Notes: generated from the sequence alone by a model not told the origin. DNA of 63,457 nucleotides, filler included, from Octopus bimaculoides (GCF_001194135.2; 6 parts of 5 records of this genome joined end to end with filler, not necessarily neighbours in it), one strand, 5' to 3'; counted from the first letter of the whole stretch, positions 11,137 through 23,471 are shown. Numbers and translations: made by a program.

Positions 11137-11314
11137 TAAAAGCACCCACTACACTCTTGGAGTGGTTGGCGTTAGGAAGGGCATCCAGCTGTAGAAACTC
11201 TGCCAAATCAGATTGAAGCCTGGTGTGGCCATCTGGTTTCACCAGTCCTCAGTCAAATTGTCTAACCCATGCTAGCATGGAAAGTGGACGTTAAACGATG
11301 ATGATGATGATGAT
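11137..11314 (+). mobile_element. RTE LINE 3'-end copy
   Basis: Same 3' terminus on the plus strand, with GATTAA at both junctions; inverted relative to 10282-10460. Confidence 0.88.
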
Positions 11315-11423
11315 TAAGTTTCAGCCATGTTCTCTAAGTTCAGACTCACTCATTTTTATATACTTTTGTATGCATACATCTGGACCTGAAGATAAAGTCT
11401 AACTTCAAAATTGTCTGTCTTAC

Positions 11424-11978
11424 CTGCTATTAGCACATATTAAATACTGTGTGTTAAAGCAGTCTCCAACTCCTGCAAGAATTGTAGATTACAACACATA
11501 TTCTCTGTCTGTAATAGTTGGCTTCTTATAACCGAGGTCATAATAGAATAACAAGAGGTTTCTTTGATATTGTAAAGAAGCAAGTTGACATCATCAACTC
11601 TTCTGATATTCTTGCTAGATTGGTTCCGCATGTATTTCATCAAGGCAATAAATTCTGACTGGTTAAATATAATACTGGAAAAGTTGTTTCCTGGTGCTAA
11701 TGCTTGAGAGAATTACAGTTGATCTGGGAAGTACTTTTCAATTCCTCCATCATAATACTATATTTCTGATAGTTTTTTTCTTCTTTTTTTGTAGTTTGAT
11801 TCTACTCAAAGAGCCATCGTAATTGAACCGACAGTGCCATATGTGAGCAATACTGCATATGCATTTGATTAACTACAACAGTTTGAAGGTGGTATGCAAA
11901 ACTGGAGAATGGAAACGAACTGTATCACAGGTTTGATGCATCATCAAAGATGTCACTGCTGATTCTTATGGTTCTGAT
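11424..11978 (-). other. Candidate non-coding exon of the ZNF gene
   Basis: Acceptor TTTTGATTACTTTCAG and donor CAG|GTAAG; stops in all three frames. Confidence 0.3.
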
Positions 11979-12060
11979 CTGAAAGTAATCAAAAGGTAGT
12001 ATTACTAACTGCTGAGGGAAGTAAAGTTTTCTTAATAATCTATGTGTGTGCGTGCGAGTG

Positions 12061-12065
<5 letters not shown>

Positions 12066-12117
<52 letters not shown>
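12066..12117. repeat. (TA)n microsatellite
   Basis: Direct run. Confidence 0.95.
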
Positions 12118-12119
<2 letters not shown>

Positions 12120-12404
12120 ATCATCATCATCATCGTTTAACGTCCACCTTCCATGCTAGCATGGGTTGGACGACTTGACTGAGGACTGGCGAACCAGATG
12201 GCAGCACCAGGCTCCAATCTGATCTGGCAGAGTTCCTACAGCTGGATACCCTTCCTAACGCCAACCACTCCGAGAGTGTAGTGGGTGCTTTTTATGTGCC
12301 ACAGGCACGAAGGCCAGTCAGGCGGTACTGGCAACGACCATGCTCAAAATGGTGTCTTTTACATGCCACCTGCACAGGAGCCAGTCCAGGAGCACTGGCA
12401 ATGA
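12120..12404 (-). mobile_element. RTE LINE 3'-end copy
   Basis: (CAT)n tail and the conserved 3' UTR. Confidence 0.88.
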
Positions 12405-12460
12405 CACACACACGCACACACACACACATATATATATATATACACACATGCCTTTATACA

Positions 12461-13030
12461 TATGAGGTGCATTTCAGACGTTTTGAGATTTTTAGGAGAG
12501 GCAATTATAACTGTCCTAGATTATTGTAACTTTAGTATATCTAAAAAAGTGTTCGGCCAACTTCCTTTTATTAAAGATTGAAGGAAACAGCTGTAACAGC
12601 ACTTTGAGCATACTGTACCTAAACACTGCATATCACAGCTGACAAGAAGGCTATTTGGAAGCTCATTGTGAGTTAAAGTTTTGGAGGTTTTGAGAGTGTT
12701 CAGGAAGAGATTTTATCACAAAAGGCCAGAGCACCTGCACCAGTCCACAATTCTATCCTGTTAGCCAAACCACTTGACAAAGATGGGTATTAAAAGTGTC
12801 CCACACCCTTCCTATAGTCCAGACCTTGCACCCTGTGACTTTTGGTTGTTCACCAAGCAGAAGGAGAACCTTTTGAAGACATTGGTAAGATGAAGGAGGC
12901 TTTCACGGACCTTTCACTAAGTGGCTGGAGTCAGAGGATTCTACTTTGAAGGAGATGAGAGTTGTACTCTTTTGAAATTGATAAATGTTTCTCCAGAAAA
13001 AGCCTCAAAACTTCTGGAATGCACCTTCTA
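12461..13030 (+). mobile_element. Internally deleted mariner derivative
   Basis: Approximately 27-bp TIRs (TATGAGGTGCATTTCAGACGTTTTGAG / CTCAAAACTTCTGGAATGCACCTTCTA); transposase relic VPHPSYSPDLAPCDFWLF. Confidence 0.8.
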
Positions 13031-13058
13031 TGTATTTATATCCATGTATTTGAGGACT

Positions 13059-13430
13059 GTGGAGGAGCAATGGCCCAGTGGTTAGGGCAGTGGACTCACG
13101 GTCATAGAATCGCGGTTTCGATTCCCAGACTGGACGTTGTGAGTGTTTATTGAGCGAAAACACCTAAAGCTCCACGAGGCTCCGGCAGGGGATGGTGGCG
13201 AACCCTGCTGTACTCTTTCACCACAACTTTCTCTCACTCTTACTTCCTGTTTCTGTTGTGCCTGTAATTCAAAGGGTCAGCCTTGTCACACTGAATATCC
13301 CCGAGAACTACGTTAAGGGTACACATGTCTGTGGAGTGCTCAGCCACTTGCATGTTAATTTCACGAGCAGGCTGTTCCGTTGATCGGATCAACTGGAACC
13401 CTCGATGTCGTAAGCGATGGAGTGCCAACA
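13059..13430 (+). mobile_element. tRNA-derived SINE (same family as 1117-1489) with TSD
   Basis: A and B boxes present; 11-bp TSD ATTTGAGGACT at 13048-13058 and 13431-13441. Confidence 0.9.
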
Positions 13431-13864
13431 ATTTGAGGACTACTCTTTTGAAGCTCACTGTGTGAAAATTTTGTGTTAAAGACCTAATTGACACCTCTAC
13501 TTCCTTCCCCAAGCAGCAAACCTTAGACCTTGTTTGGCTGGTATTGTTTAAAACAGCACTACATTATCTACCTACCTATAAACCACACAGTTCAATGTGA
13601 CCTGATCAGTTTGGTGCCCTAGTTCTTATTTTGGCCTGCATGGGTCTAGACATTCAGCTGACCTCCTTCCCCATATCCTGTGTGCTGAGTCCTACCCTAT
13701 ACTGTTATAGCTGGCCACCCATGCTATCTCATCTCCTCCACACCCTTAGGCCATCAACCATTTCTTAAGGTGAGTCTCATTGTATTTTGGCTCAGCCTGA
13801 TGATACAATCAGTATGATCAAATGCACTTTGTAAATTGTATTTGCCATTTATCAATCATAAGAA

Positions 13865-14161
13865 AGCGAAATCGTCATGGCACCTGTGCCCAGCATCGCT
13901 TTCCTGGCACTTGTGCCGGATGGCATGTGTAAAGACATTCGAGCGAGATCGTTGCCAGTGCTGCCGAACTGGCTCCTGTGCGGGTGGCACATAAAATACA
14001 CCATTTTGAGCATGGCTGTTGCCAGTACCGCCTGACTGGCCTTCGTGCCGGTGGCACGTAAAAGCACCCACTACACTCTCGGAGTGGTTGACATTAGGAA
14101 GGGCATCCAGCTGTAGAAACTCTGCCAAATCAGATTGAAGCCTGGTGTAGCCATCTAGTTT
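13865..14161 (+). mobile_element. RTE LINE 3'-UTR copy running into an N gap
   Basis: GTGCCGGTGGCACGTAAAAGCACCCACTACACTC...GGCATCCAGCTGTAG motif. Confidence 0.85.
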
Positions 14162-14681
14162 NNNNNNNNNNNNNNNNNNNNNNNNNNNNNNNNNNNNNNN
14201 NNNNNNNNNNNNNNNNNNNNNNNNNNNNNNNNNNNNNNNNNNNNNNNNNNNNNNNNNNNNNNNNNNNNNNNNNNNNNNNNNNNNNNNNNNNNNNNNNNNN
14301 NNNNNNNNNNNNNNNNNNNNNNNNNNNNNNNNNNNNNNNNNNNNNNNNNNNNNNNNNNNNNNNNNNNNNNNNNNNNNNNNNNNNNNNNNNNNNNNNNNNN
14401 NNNNNNNNNNNNNNNNNNNNNNNNNNNNNNNNNNNNNNNNNNNNNNNNNNNNNNNNNNNNNNNNNNNNNNNNNNNNNNNNNNNNNNNNNNNNNNNNNNNN
14501 NNNNNNNNNNNNNNNNNNNNNNNNNNNNNNNNNNNNNNNNNNNNNNNNNNNNNNNNNNNNNNNNNNNNNNNNNNNNNNNNNNNNNNNNNNNNNNNNNNNN
14601 NNNNNNNNNNNNNNNNNNNNNNNNNNNNNNNNNNNNNNNNNNNNNNNNNNNNNNNNNNNNNNNNNNNNNNNNNNNNNNNNN

Positions 14682-14714
<33 letters not shown>

Positions 14715-16589
14715 TGTGTGTGTGTGTGTGGTATAGCAAGTAGTGGAATAAACAAAGTACTCAATATGATGTAATATTTTTCCACTGTTCAATGTTGGTC
14801 TTGTCTTTTTCCATTTATGTAGGGTTTTATATATTCAATGACCAACAAGTTGACATCAGAATGACGACAAAATTATCTTTCAATTTCTGAACACATTTGG
14901 AGAAAGCTGTGGTGTTTCTCTTTTCAGTTCTCTAACATGGGACCACCTTTCAAGTGCCAATAGCATGATAAAATGTACCCAATCCACACTGAGAAGAGAT
15001 TTGTGTTAAGAGGCATCAAACTGTACAGATCACGTAGTAAAGGAAGAAACAAACATAGAGTCAGAGGATCTTTGAATTCTTTCTTGTTGGGGACAGCATC
15101 TCTAGTGTCAATGGCACAATAAAATGCACCCATTCTCTGATGTAAAGTGGTTTGTATCAGGAAGTAAAATGGCCAGACTGCATGGTTGTAACAGAACAAA
15201 AAAGAATTGGGTCTGCATTTGCTAAAGCATCCACTGTACCCCTGCTAGTATGCTAGGGTCAATTTAACATAGACCAAATTAACAAAGAGCACAATGTTGC
15301 AATGCTTTCTGGGAAGTAATTTTATTCAATATGTATGAAGAGAATAAGTAGAAATCTAATATTATATACTCAGTGTAATGAAAGAACAAACAAAAATGCA
15401 GTAAGATTTCTGACAGTGACAAAAAACCAGAGCTTAAAATGGAGTACAGACGAGTTGGTTGTCAGAATACTGAAGAATAGTTAAAATAGAGTACCCGTGA
15501 AATAAGGTCCCTGAATGGCTGAGGTAGTTTAGACATTTTATAATAATTCTGCTTGTCATTGTGTTACTTAACCTGTTAGTAATGCTTTCACGTGATTAGA
15601 GATAAAGAAAAAAGGGAGAGAGAAGCGTCCATGACATGAGGTAGAGGGAATGTAATTGTAATGCTTTCATGGCATTAGTTGAAGGGAAAGAGGGGAGAAA
15701 GAAAAAAGAGAGAGAAAAAGAGAATAAGGCAAAGAGTGAGACATGTTTCAGGTTTTTGGATAAAGTTTTCAGAGATAACCCAATAGGTTTACCATTAATT
15801 CTGTGAAATATTCACGGGTCCCACAAGTAGTTGATAATTTTTGTTAGTCTGGTGATCTAATTAGTCCTGGGAATGGCTTTAATGAAACGACAATTGCTAG
15901 AATAAAGAAAGAGTGAAAATAGTTTAAAGAGATTTTACTTCAGCTGACAACAAAAGAATTCCTCTGTCAATGTACAAAGCAGATTTTATGAAGCATGGAT
16001 AAGAAGTGCAATGCAAAATGTTAGTGAGATATAGGCATAAAAACATGGATGATCTGTGAAGTCTGAAGAGAAATGAGAGAAATACAATTAGTTGCATCCG
16101 TAATGTTAACCTGATGAGTGCAGGAGCAGACCGAAGAAGGAGGCCTGAGGGGCACATGCCCCCTCAAGAAAAGTGCACCCTTCTAAATAATGTAACGTTA
16201 GAGACATCAATTGACATATGCTGAGAGATTTGATGTAAATAAACCTAAGTGCTCAGTGAAATATTGGTGTGTTATGGACGGTAACCAAAGAACAGAAAGA
16301 CTAAAGACATGACCTATTTGATATCAGGATGCTAACCTTGGGCATGAAATGATGAAAAATATGGATAAGTGGTACAATCAACCTGTCTAACCTTTTCTAG
16401 GGGAAAAAGACACTAAAATATTGATGATGATGTTGGTATGTGAGCTGTTGAATTGTCAGATAACAATAATAGAGAAATATATATGCACATAATTTAATAA
16501 AGTAATCAAACAAGTTTGTGTAAATTCTGAAGTTATTTAAAAGAAGAAGAGAAAAAGGAATAGGTTTATGAGATGCTTTTACCTTAGAG

Positions 16590-16720
16590 TAAGACAACTG
16601 CTTTTAGTATTAAGTTCCATATCTGCGTTCAAACCCTACCAGATTCAACTTTGCCTCTCATGCTTCTGAAGTCTGATAAAATAAGTCTCAATCAGGAACT
16701 GGGCTGAAACAATCAACACT
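16590..16720 (+). mobile_element. Degenerate CORE-SINE
   Basis: CAACTTTGCCTCTCATGCTTCTGAAGTCTGATAAAATAAGT resembles the CORE block seen at 20146-20357. Confidence 0.5.
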
Positions 16721-17389
16721 CCTCCTCTTAAAAAAAAATGCTTGTTTTGTGAGAAACCAACATTTAAAGGTAAAAAAAAGCCACAATTTACTTCACTTAG
16801 CTACCAATGTCTAGCAAAAGCAAGAAAGTCAGAATGTGATTATTTCTCCTCCCTTGAAATATTGAACCTGTAGAAATGCACCAGTAGAAACGAATATTTA
16901 ATTTTAAATTTTAATATTTAGTGGGAAAATTTGTACAGGAAGCACATTACTAACAAGTACTCAATGTCAAATTGTGTATAAACAACATAGTATTTGTTAG
17001 TACTTATCAAAACCATAAAATAAACAAACAAAACTGAAATATTACATCAGCTTGATCAAGAGAGTGTCTTTATATTTGACCCAACATAATAATTCATAAC
17101 ACGTGCTACAACAATTTGTGTTATGTATATTATGATGTTAGTGAAACAGTTGTCAAAGGAAATAGATAATAGAATCAAGAATCGACTAATTAGTGCCTGT
17201 TATGTAAATGGGCTAGGGTTTTATTAGTTGCGACATTATAAAAACTACAAACGAATTTATGAAGAGCAACAGAAAAAAAGATTATTATATATTTTTTAAG
17301 AACTACAGCCAAAGAAGTAAATATAAAATAATTGTTCTTCGTTATCAGTTGTTTTGTTGCAGATTAATGGTAAAACCGTTCGTTCCAGC

Positions 17390-17960
17390 GATGACAATCC
17401 TATATTTTCTGACAAGTATCCGAGTTCATATACGATGTGTCTTTTTTAAGATGTTATGGTAGTTTGATGAAAATTTAACTGCTATTTGTAGCCGGTTGAA
17501 CGACCATGTAGAAGCGGGCACGTTTTGTTGTTTAACCCCAAGTCAGCTCTCATCAACCAGGACCTCCACACCTATGATCAAAAAGCATTCTGGATATGAC
17601 CGCCTGTCTTTATTATTATTGCTATTGTTATTTTAGTATATCTTAGGATCATTATTATTCTGTGTCATTTTTGTAAACAAGAGGTTATGTCTTGAGGGAA
17701 ATTTGGTTGCTATTTCTAGCAGGTCGAACGATCACGTACCTATTTCCTCGTTAGCTTGTTTTGTTTTTTACTCCCACTCCAGTCTTGATATAGCAGACCT
17801 ATAATCAAAGGCATTCCAGTCGTGACCATCACATCACATTTTTCATCACGAAGTGGACTACACTACCAAGTATACTTCATTTTGAAAACGATAGGGTGTG
17901 GTTTGAAGTAGATTAGGCTGCTATTTCTAGCGATCGAACGACCACTTAGGCTCACTCGTT
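17390..17960. repeat. Three diverged approximately 220-bp tandem units
   Basis: GCTATTT(C/G)TAGC..G.T(C/T)GAACGA(C/T)CA recurs at about 17480, 17710 and 17920; an inverted related copy lies near 19975. Confidence 0.65.
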
Positions 17961-18226
17961 GGTTTGTGTTGATTGTGCAACAAAAACAGTAATTACTGAA
18001 GATGTTCAAGTTAGAAATTTATTTTTTACTCTATCAAAAAATGACACTACGATTTTGCATTTATGTTTAAAAATTTAACTTATAGCAACCTGAAACAATT
18101 AATAAAATTTCTCTAAAATAACCATTTATATATATATATATATATATAGTTGGGTGATGGTCAATGTTACGAAAATAATTGATAAATTAATCAAAAATAT
18201 AAACTTAAAAGTTTAAAGTAATTTAC

Positions 18227-18370
18227 CTGCAGTGTCCGAAACTAAGAAAACGCTAGATTATAGGAATGTTATCATGAAAAGTAAATAACAAGGAAACGAT
18301 GAGGAACAAATTAGTTTAGCAAATGGGTTCAAAGCAACCGGAAACTGTGCATTGAGGTGTCGCTGTTGTC
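18227..18370 (-). other. Candidate first (non-coding) exon/promoter of the ZNF gene
   Basis: Donor CTGCAG|GTAAAT at 18226; locally CpG-containing, with an ETS-like CCGGAA motif near 18340. The upstream boundary is a guess. Confidence 0.35.
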
Positions 18371-19779
18371 AACAAACGGTATCAGCTGAAAATATGACTC
18401 GAATTAAACATTTTTTAAAATAAAAAAATGCCACACAATAAAACTATAAATCATATGAAAACAGTAATTTTAATACGATCGTTGCAAATATTTGCCAGTA
18501 TTTGTGTTTTCGAGATTTTGAACTTAAAACTCAAACGGGCAAATTTTCTAAATATAGAATATTTTCGCGTCATTGGTAAAATCTTAATTGCCAAGTTACG
18601 ATTTCGTACAAGAGTTTCCCCCCATGAATTGCTCTAATAAAATAATAAACCTATTTTTCTTATTTTGCGGATTTTTTAGCTGTTGGATATGTTGCAATTA
18701 AAAAAAAAATTATATATGTAGAAATGCCAGGATAAAAATCGTACCAAATTTAAGATGAGATATAAAAAAAAGTTGTTTCTTTAAAAAAGTGATTTCTTTA
18801 AAATGTTCGCTATAAATGTGCTTGCAATGAAACATGTTGCGATTTATTTTCTTAACGTATAAAAAAGCATGAAATTGAATAAATCATTATTAAGAAAAAG
18901 AAATTCTACAGTTTCATTTCTGTAATTTTAATGTTTAGTATTAAATTAAAACAATATGATTTTTCAATACATTAAAATCTTTGTAGTGGACGCATTTATT
19001 ATGAACAAATTTGTATTGGTCCCCACCTGGTTCCGTTTTTATAAGATATAAAATAAGTTTACTTCATCATAAACAATTGAAATGTTTTATTTTCATTATA
19101 AATCTAGCTTTAATTACATTTTTAATTTTGAAGAGATTGAACATGAAAAAAAAAGCGTCAAACATTAGTATAAAAAATATCGTTTTAATGAATAATAACA
19201 AGAAACATTTTTTTTTAGTTACTATCCGAAGACATATGATTCCGCCTTCGTAATCACTAAATAGTAACAATAACTGCATATCACGTGAGAATATAATTAA
19301 AGTGGATTAACTGACAGAAATTTGAAAGAAAAAATATTTTATTTTATTGGAATTCTTTCGTTGAAAATTAACCAAGGTTCGAAAAATTTCTCTCAGAAAT
19401 ATCAGGAATCAAAATTTTACGAAAATGGATCAATCTAAAAATTTAGGTTGTTATGTAAAGCGATTAAATAAATTGACCAAATGAGTGCGACCTTGTTTAT
19501 GTTGCGTTGCTTGAATGCATCGAGCAACTGCATGTTTGTGTTTACAAGGAGTTGTCACATAAACAAGCAGACTGCACCTACCATAATTCTGAATATGTAA
19601 ACTGTTGCAAAACTTAGAATTCTGATGTGTTACCATCAAATACTATCTAGTTTGAATTTAATGACGTTTTCAAATCGTGTTTGGCTGCTAAAAAAAGAAA
19701 AACGTCACTCGCTAAAAGAATTCAGTAATTAACGAGACAAAAACTAGTAAATTTTGCCAAGTTGATACGCTAAGACTTG

Positions 19780-19850
19780 CGGTAGCTGTCACGTGACCCG
19801 TTTGTTTACGTAGCAATATTGAATATAAACAAATGCACGTGGTTTGTGAC
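19780..19850. promoter_or_regulatory. Regulatory motif cluster
   Basis: Palindromic GTCACGTGAC E-box, TGTTTAC forkhead-like site and a second CACGTG within about 60 bp. Confidence 0.3.
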
Positions 19851-20093
19851 ATGATAAAGGCGATTTGACATTAGCTTTATGTTACTAAGGGACCTTATCG
19901 TATATGACGATCGAAGACTGAAAATCAAAAACATATTCTTGAACATTTACAAATGAACAGAGTAGGAGTCTCTACGTGATCCAGCGACCTGCTAGAATTA
20001 GCAAGTAAATCTCGGTGCACAAACAAAAATTCGCGAGCTCTGATGAGGTGAGTGCACATATACATGACTTTCAGCATATGTCTGGATATAAAT

Positions 20094-20095
<2 letters not shown>

Positions 20096-20142
<47 letters not shown>
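20096..20142. repeat. (TAA)n microsatellite
   Basis: Direct run. Confidence 0.95.
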
Positions 20143-20143
<1 letters not shown>

Positions 20144-20145
20144 CA

Positions 20146-20357
20146 TTTCTATTATAGGCACAAGGCCTGAAATTTGGGGTAGGGGGATTGTCGATTACAT
20201 CGACCCCAGTGTTTCATTGATACTTAATTTATCGACCCCAAAAGGATGAAAGGCAAAGTCGACCTCGGCGGAATTTGAACTCAGAATTAAAAGACAGACA
20301 AAATGCCGCTAAGCATTTTGCCCGGCGTGCTAACGATTCTGCCAGCTCGCAGCCCTT
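20146..20357 (-). mobile_element. tRNA-derived CORE-SINE
   Basis: Minus strand TGGCAGAATCGTTAGC (A box), GAGTTCAAATTCC (B box), then GGTCGACTTTGCCTTTCATCCTTTTGGGGTCGATAAA (CORE-like). Confidence 0.8.
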
Positions 20358-20487
20358 AACAATAACAACAATAACATTATTATTTTATAGGATTGAGGTA
20401 ACTCCTCCAGTAGGTATACAGAAAGAAAAAAAAAAAAAAAAAANNNNNNNNNNNNNNNNNNNNNNNNNNNNNNNNNNNNNNNNNNNN

Positions 20488-20499
20488 TTAATTAATTAA
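20488..20499. other. Artificial six-frame-stop linker inside an N run (also at 31106, 41344, 50885, 61029)
   Basis: Identical TTAATTAATTAA centred in approximately 100-bp N blocks five times. Confidence 0.9.
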
Positions 20500-20804
20500 N
20501 NNNNNNNNNNNNNNNNNNNNNNNNNNNNNNNNNNNNNNNNNNNTATATAATAACTGAAAGACTCCAGTTTCCAGTACCCGGAGTTGCTTATTTCTGATCA
20601 TCAGCTCGTAGACCGAGATTGGTTTTCTTTCGGAATATCTATTGTTTGAATAATTTTTTTGAAACATGAAATGTTTCGAGAAAACCCTTTCTTTCTTGTT
20701 TGAAAATCATTGTGAAAGACAAATGCAAAGACGGCTGCTTGAAGCTTACATTATAGCATTCATTTCTGGTTTTTGAATTGAGTCCTGTAAGTTATCGCTT
20801 CTGG

Positions 20805-20960
20805 TGGCTGTTGGTAAGAAGCTTACTTCCCAACCGCATGGTTTAGGGTTCAGACCCACTGCATGGCACCTTGGGCAAGTATGTTCTACTATATAGCCTT
20901 AGGCCGACCAAACCCTTGTGAATGGATTTGGTAGACGGAAACTGAAAGAAGCCTGTCGTG
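20805..20960 (+). mobile_element. tRNA-derived SINE 5' part
   Basis: GGCTGTTGGTAAGAAGCTT...GGGTTCAGACCC...GGCCGACCAAA..GGATTTGGTAGACGGAAACTGAAAGAAGCC. Confidence 0.75.
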
Positions 20961-20974
20961 TACATATAATTTTT

Positions 20975-21330
20975 CTATCGTCTTAGCCTAACAGCCCTTA
21001 CCGTTTGTTCTCACTGTTCCGTCTTGTTTTTACTGTCTTGTTCTCACTGTGCTGTTCTTGTTTACACTTTCACCCTCAGCAAAAATTTCCAAATTCTAAT
21101 TAATTTGCTTTGCGGGAAGGACTGCTCCAACGAAGTCGCGTATTGTCCTTGCCTTCGAAACGCAGAGTAGATGGAACAGGGACAACTGAAGAAGGGAAAT
21201 ATTCTTTATGTTGCATGTCTCGTTTCTCTGTTTGTGTCGTTGTTCGAAAAAAAAGTTCGTTTTCTGTCTTCGTCTTTATGTTTTCGTTTCTCATTGTGTT
21301 TAACGTTTTTGTGATGTCCTGTACCCATAT
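20975..21330. repeat. Unclassified interspersed repeat (related copies near 25285-25830, 55860-56200 and 56700-57190)
   Basis: Shared TATCGTCTT..CAA..CCCT.ACCGTTTGTT..CACT..TAATTTGCTTTGCGGGAAGG with 57040-57190. Confidence 0.7.
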
Positions 21331-21414
21331 ATGCTTGTATGTATACATATAGATGTCGGTATGTATATATATGTATGGATATATGCATATAATTATATAT
21401 TCTTTATGTTATTA

Positions 21415-21462
<48 letters not shown>

Positions 21463-21465
<3 letters not shown>

Positions 21466-21903
21466 CAAGTAATGTTCGTTGCCACTTCAGCATGGCTGTT
21501 CCGTTCGAACGGACTTTACTATGATTTTTCAACCCCAAGTGGACATCTCCTCTAGCTAGTTAATGCTGCACACATGCATCCGATATACTGCAAGCAAGGG
21601 AACGAACCTCTACCATCTTCTAGCGGGACCAGCACACTAGTCCGTTTTTGGGCTAGTTTTGCCTCTTTCCAGTACTGGACACCTCGTTTATTCAGTACCA
21701 GACACCGTTACTTGCTGGTATAACTACTGCGATCATCGCTTAGAGAAATTTTAGAACTAGCATTTTGCTTGTTGTAAATATATGGGATGCATCTGGGCAT
21801 CGTTAACTAGATAGAGGAAATGTTCTCTTGGAGTTGAGAAATTGCAGTAAAGTGCATTCGATCGGAACAGCCATGTTGAAGTGGCTACGAACATTACTTG
21901 CTA
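21463..21903. mobile_element. MITE/foldback-like element with approximately 57-bp inverted repeats
   Basis: AGCAAGTAATGTTCGTTGCCACTTCAGCATGGCTGTTCCG at the left is inverted at 21846-21902; TA at both ends. Confidence 0.6.
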
Positions 21904-21948
21904 GTACAACTACTGCGATCATCTCATAGAGAGATTTTAGAACTTGTT

Positions 21949-21980
<32 letters not shown>

Positions 21981-21981
<1 letters not shown>

Positions 21982-23471
21982 CCTTATAAAAAGCAAAGTT
22001 TGTTTGTTTGTACGATGACCGCTGAAAATACTAAATGAAATTGATATTATTTCAATTTTTTGTGTCATTTCAATTTGAATATTCTACAGATGACTGTGCA
22101 CCTATTTTCCGAAATATTTTCTGAATGGTGGTGGGGATCCAAGTTGGTGCATTGTTTCCCATTTCTAACAATCCACGTACTGTCTATTTCACGGTAATAC
22201 TTTTTACAGATTGGGCATACCTACACAAGGGAACCCCCACCGAATTTGTTTCTTCATAATTTTAGAGAGAATGGATATCTTTCAATAACATTTTCTACAA
22301 ACATGCTTCTAATGGTGTAGATTCCAACTATATCGGAATTTGTTGTGCAAACCTTTTTTCGCTCCCATCAAAGCCGAATCGTTCGAATTTTCCGAAACTG
22401 CTCTCTCGATTGCGGAAAATATTTTTCACAGCAAATTCCAATATAATCAGTATCTAAACCATCTGAAACGTTTTTATATAAAATTTCATTAAAAAACATC
22501 CATTTTTGTTTTTGTTCAAAAGCTATACTCCATTTTTACATTTACATTCTCACGTATAAACATAACACACACGTATATTTATATATATTTATATATATCT
22601 ACATACACATTCCTATATTTTTAAACATATAACTCAAATATGTATACTTTTATATATTGCAGTTATACACACATACATACACATATACATACATACATAC
22701 ATACATACATACATACACTCTGGCACCACAACTACTGCCCAACATCAATACCAATAACACCACAACTACAGAGACATCTCCACTACCACCACCAATACTA
22801 ACAGTACTCCTTTTTCAGAAAACCGAGAGGGAGGGGCCATTTGAAATTACAGATAAGCACATCTTAACCGTTTTAATTTATAGACAAACACTCATTGGGT
22901 ATCACGAAGAAATTGTTTTCATACGTTTCTTCTTGTTTTTTCATGAGTTGAGTTCATTGGACAACCGATAGCAGCGTATTTCATGAGTTGAGTTCATTGG
23001 ACAGCCGATAGCAGTGTATTTCATGAGTATGGCCTAATGATAGCCACTAAAAAAATATCCGTCCAGATAAACTAGTGAGAATAGTCTCAAAGACAGAAAC
23101 TAAATATATATGAGGCCAAAAAGGTTTCCACAACAACCGCAATATCTAATGCTACGTCAAATGCCCGATTCAGTTTACCCCAAGACTCATTGTCCAGTCG
23201 CTACAAATTCATCTTCTCCGCAAGACACTTTCACTTTGATCTATTGTTTGAACATCCTTTCTCTGACATGAATTACGATTACGATTGGTTAAGTGAAAAT
23301 TGGTGAATAAATGTTAAAAATAAATGTTAAAAATTGTTATGCAATATTGAAATACCTTTTAACAACTTTTATTTTCAGGAAAATGGGTATTACGATAGAT
23401 GCCAATATGTGCCTTATGAATACATTTCAGCACCATACAGCTTTGGCCGAAGGCCGGGGGGGGGGCGCTAG
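21981..23471 (+). mobile_element. Putative non-autonomous Helitron
   Basis: A|TC 5' end at 21981; GGCCGAAGGCC hairpin followed by CTAG|T at 23468-23471. Confidence 0.45.
22941..23028. repeat. 40-bp tandem duplication (2.2 copies)
   Basis: TCATGAGTTGAGTTCATTGGACA(A/G)CCGATAGCAG(C/T)GTATT repeated. Confidence 0.9.

Noticed and set aside
4980-14057. Recurring short ORFs such as MPPARRPVRRYWQ...
   Set aside because: Chance frames in copies of the RTE 3' UTR; inconsistent frames and stops between copies.
14924-15199. 91-aa minus-strand ORF as a possible ZNF exon
   Set aside because: No homology recognised and no clear donor site.
21140-21200. CGAAAC...CTGAAGA arrangement
   Set aside because: The pairing order does not fit any hammerhead topology.
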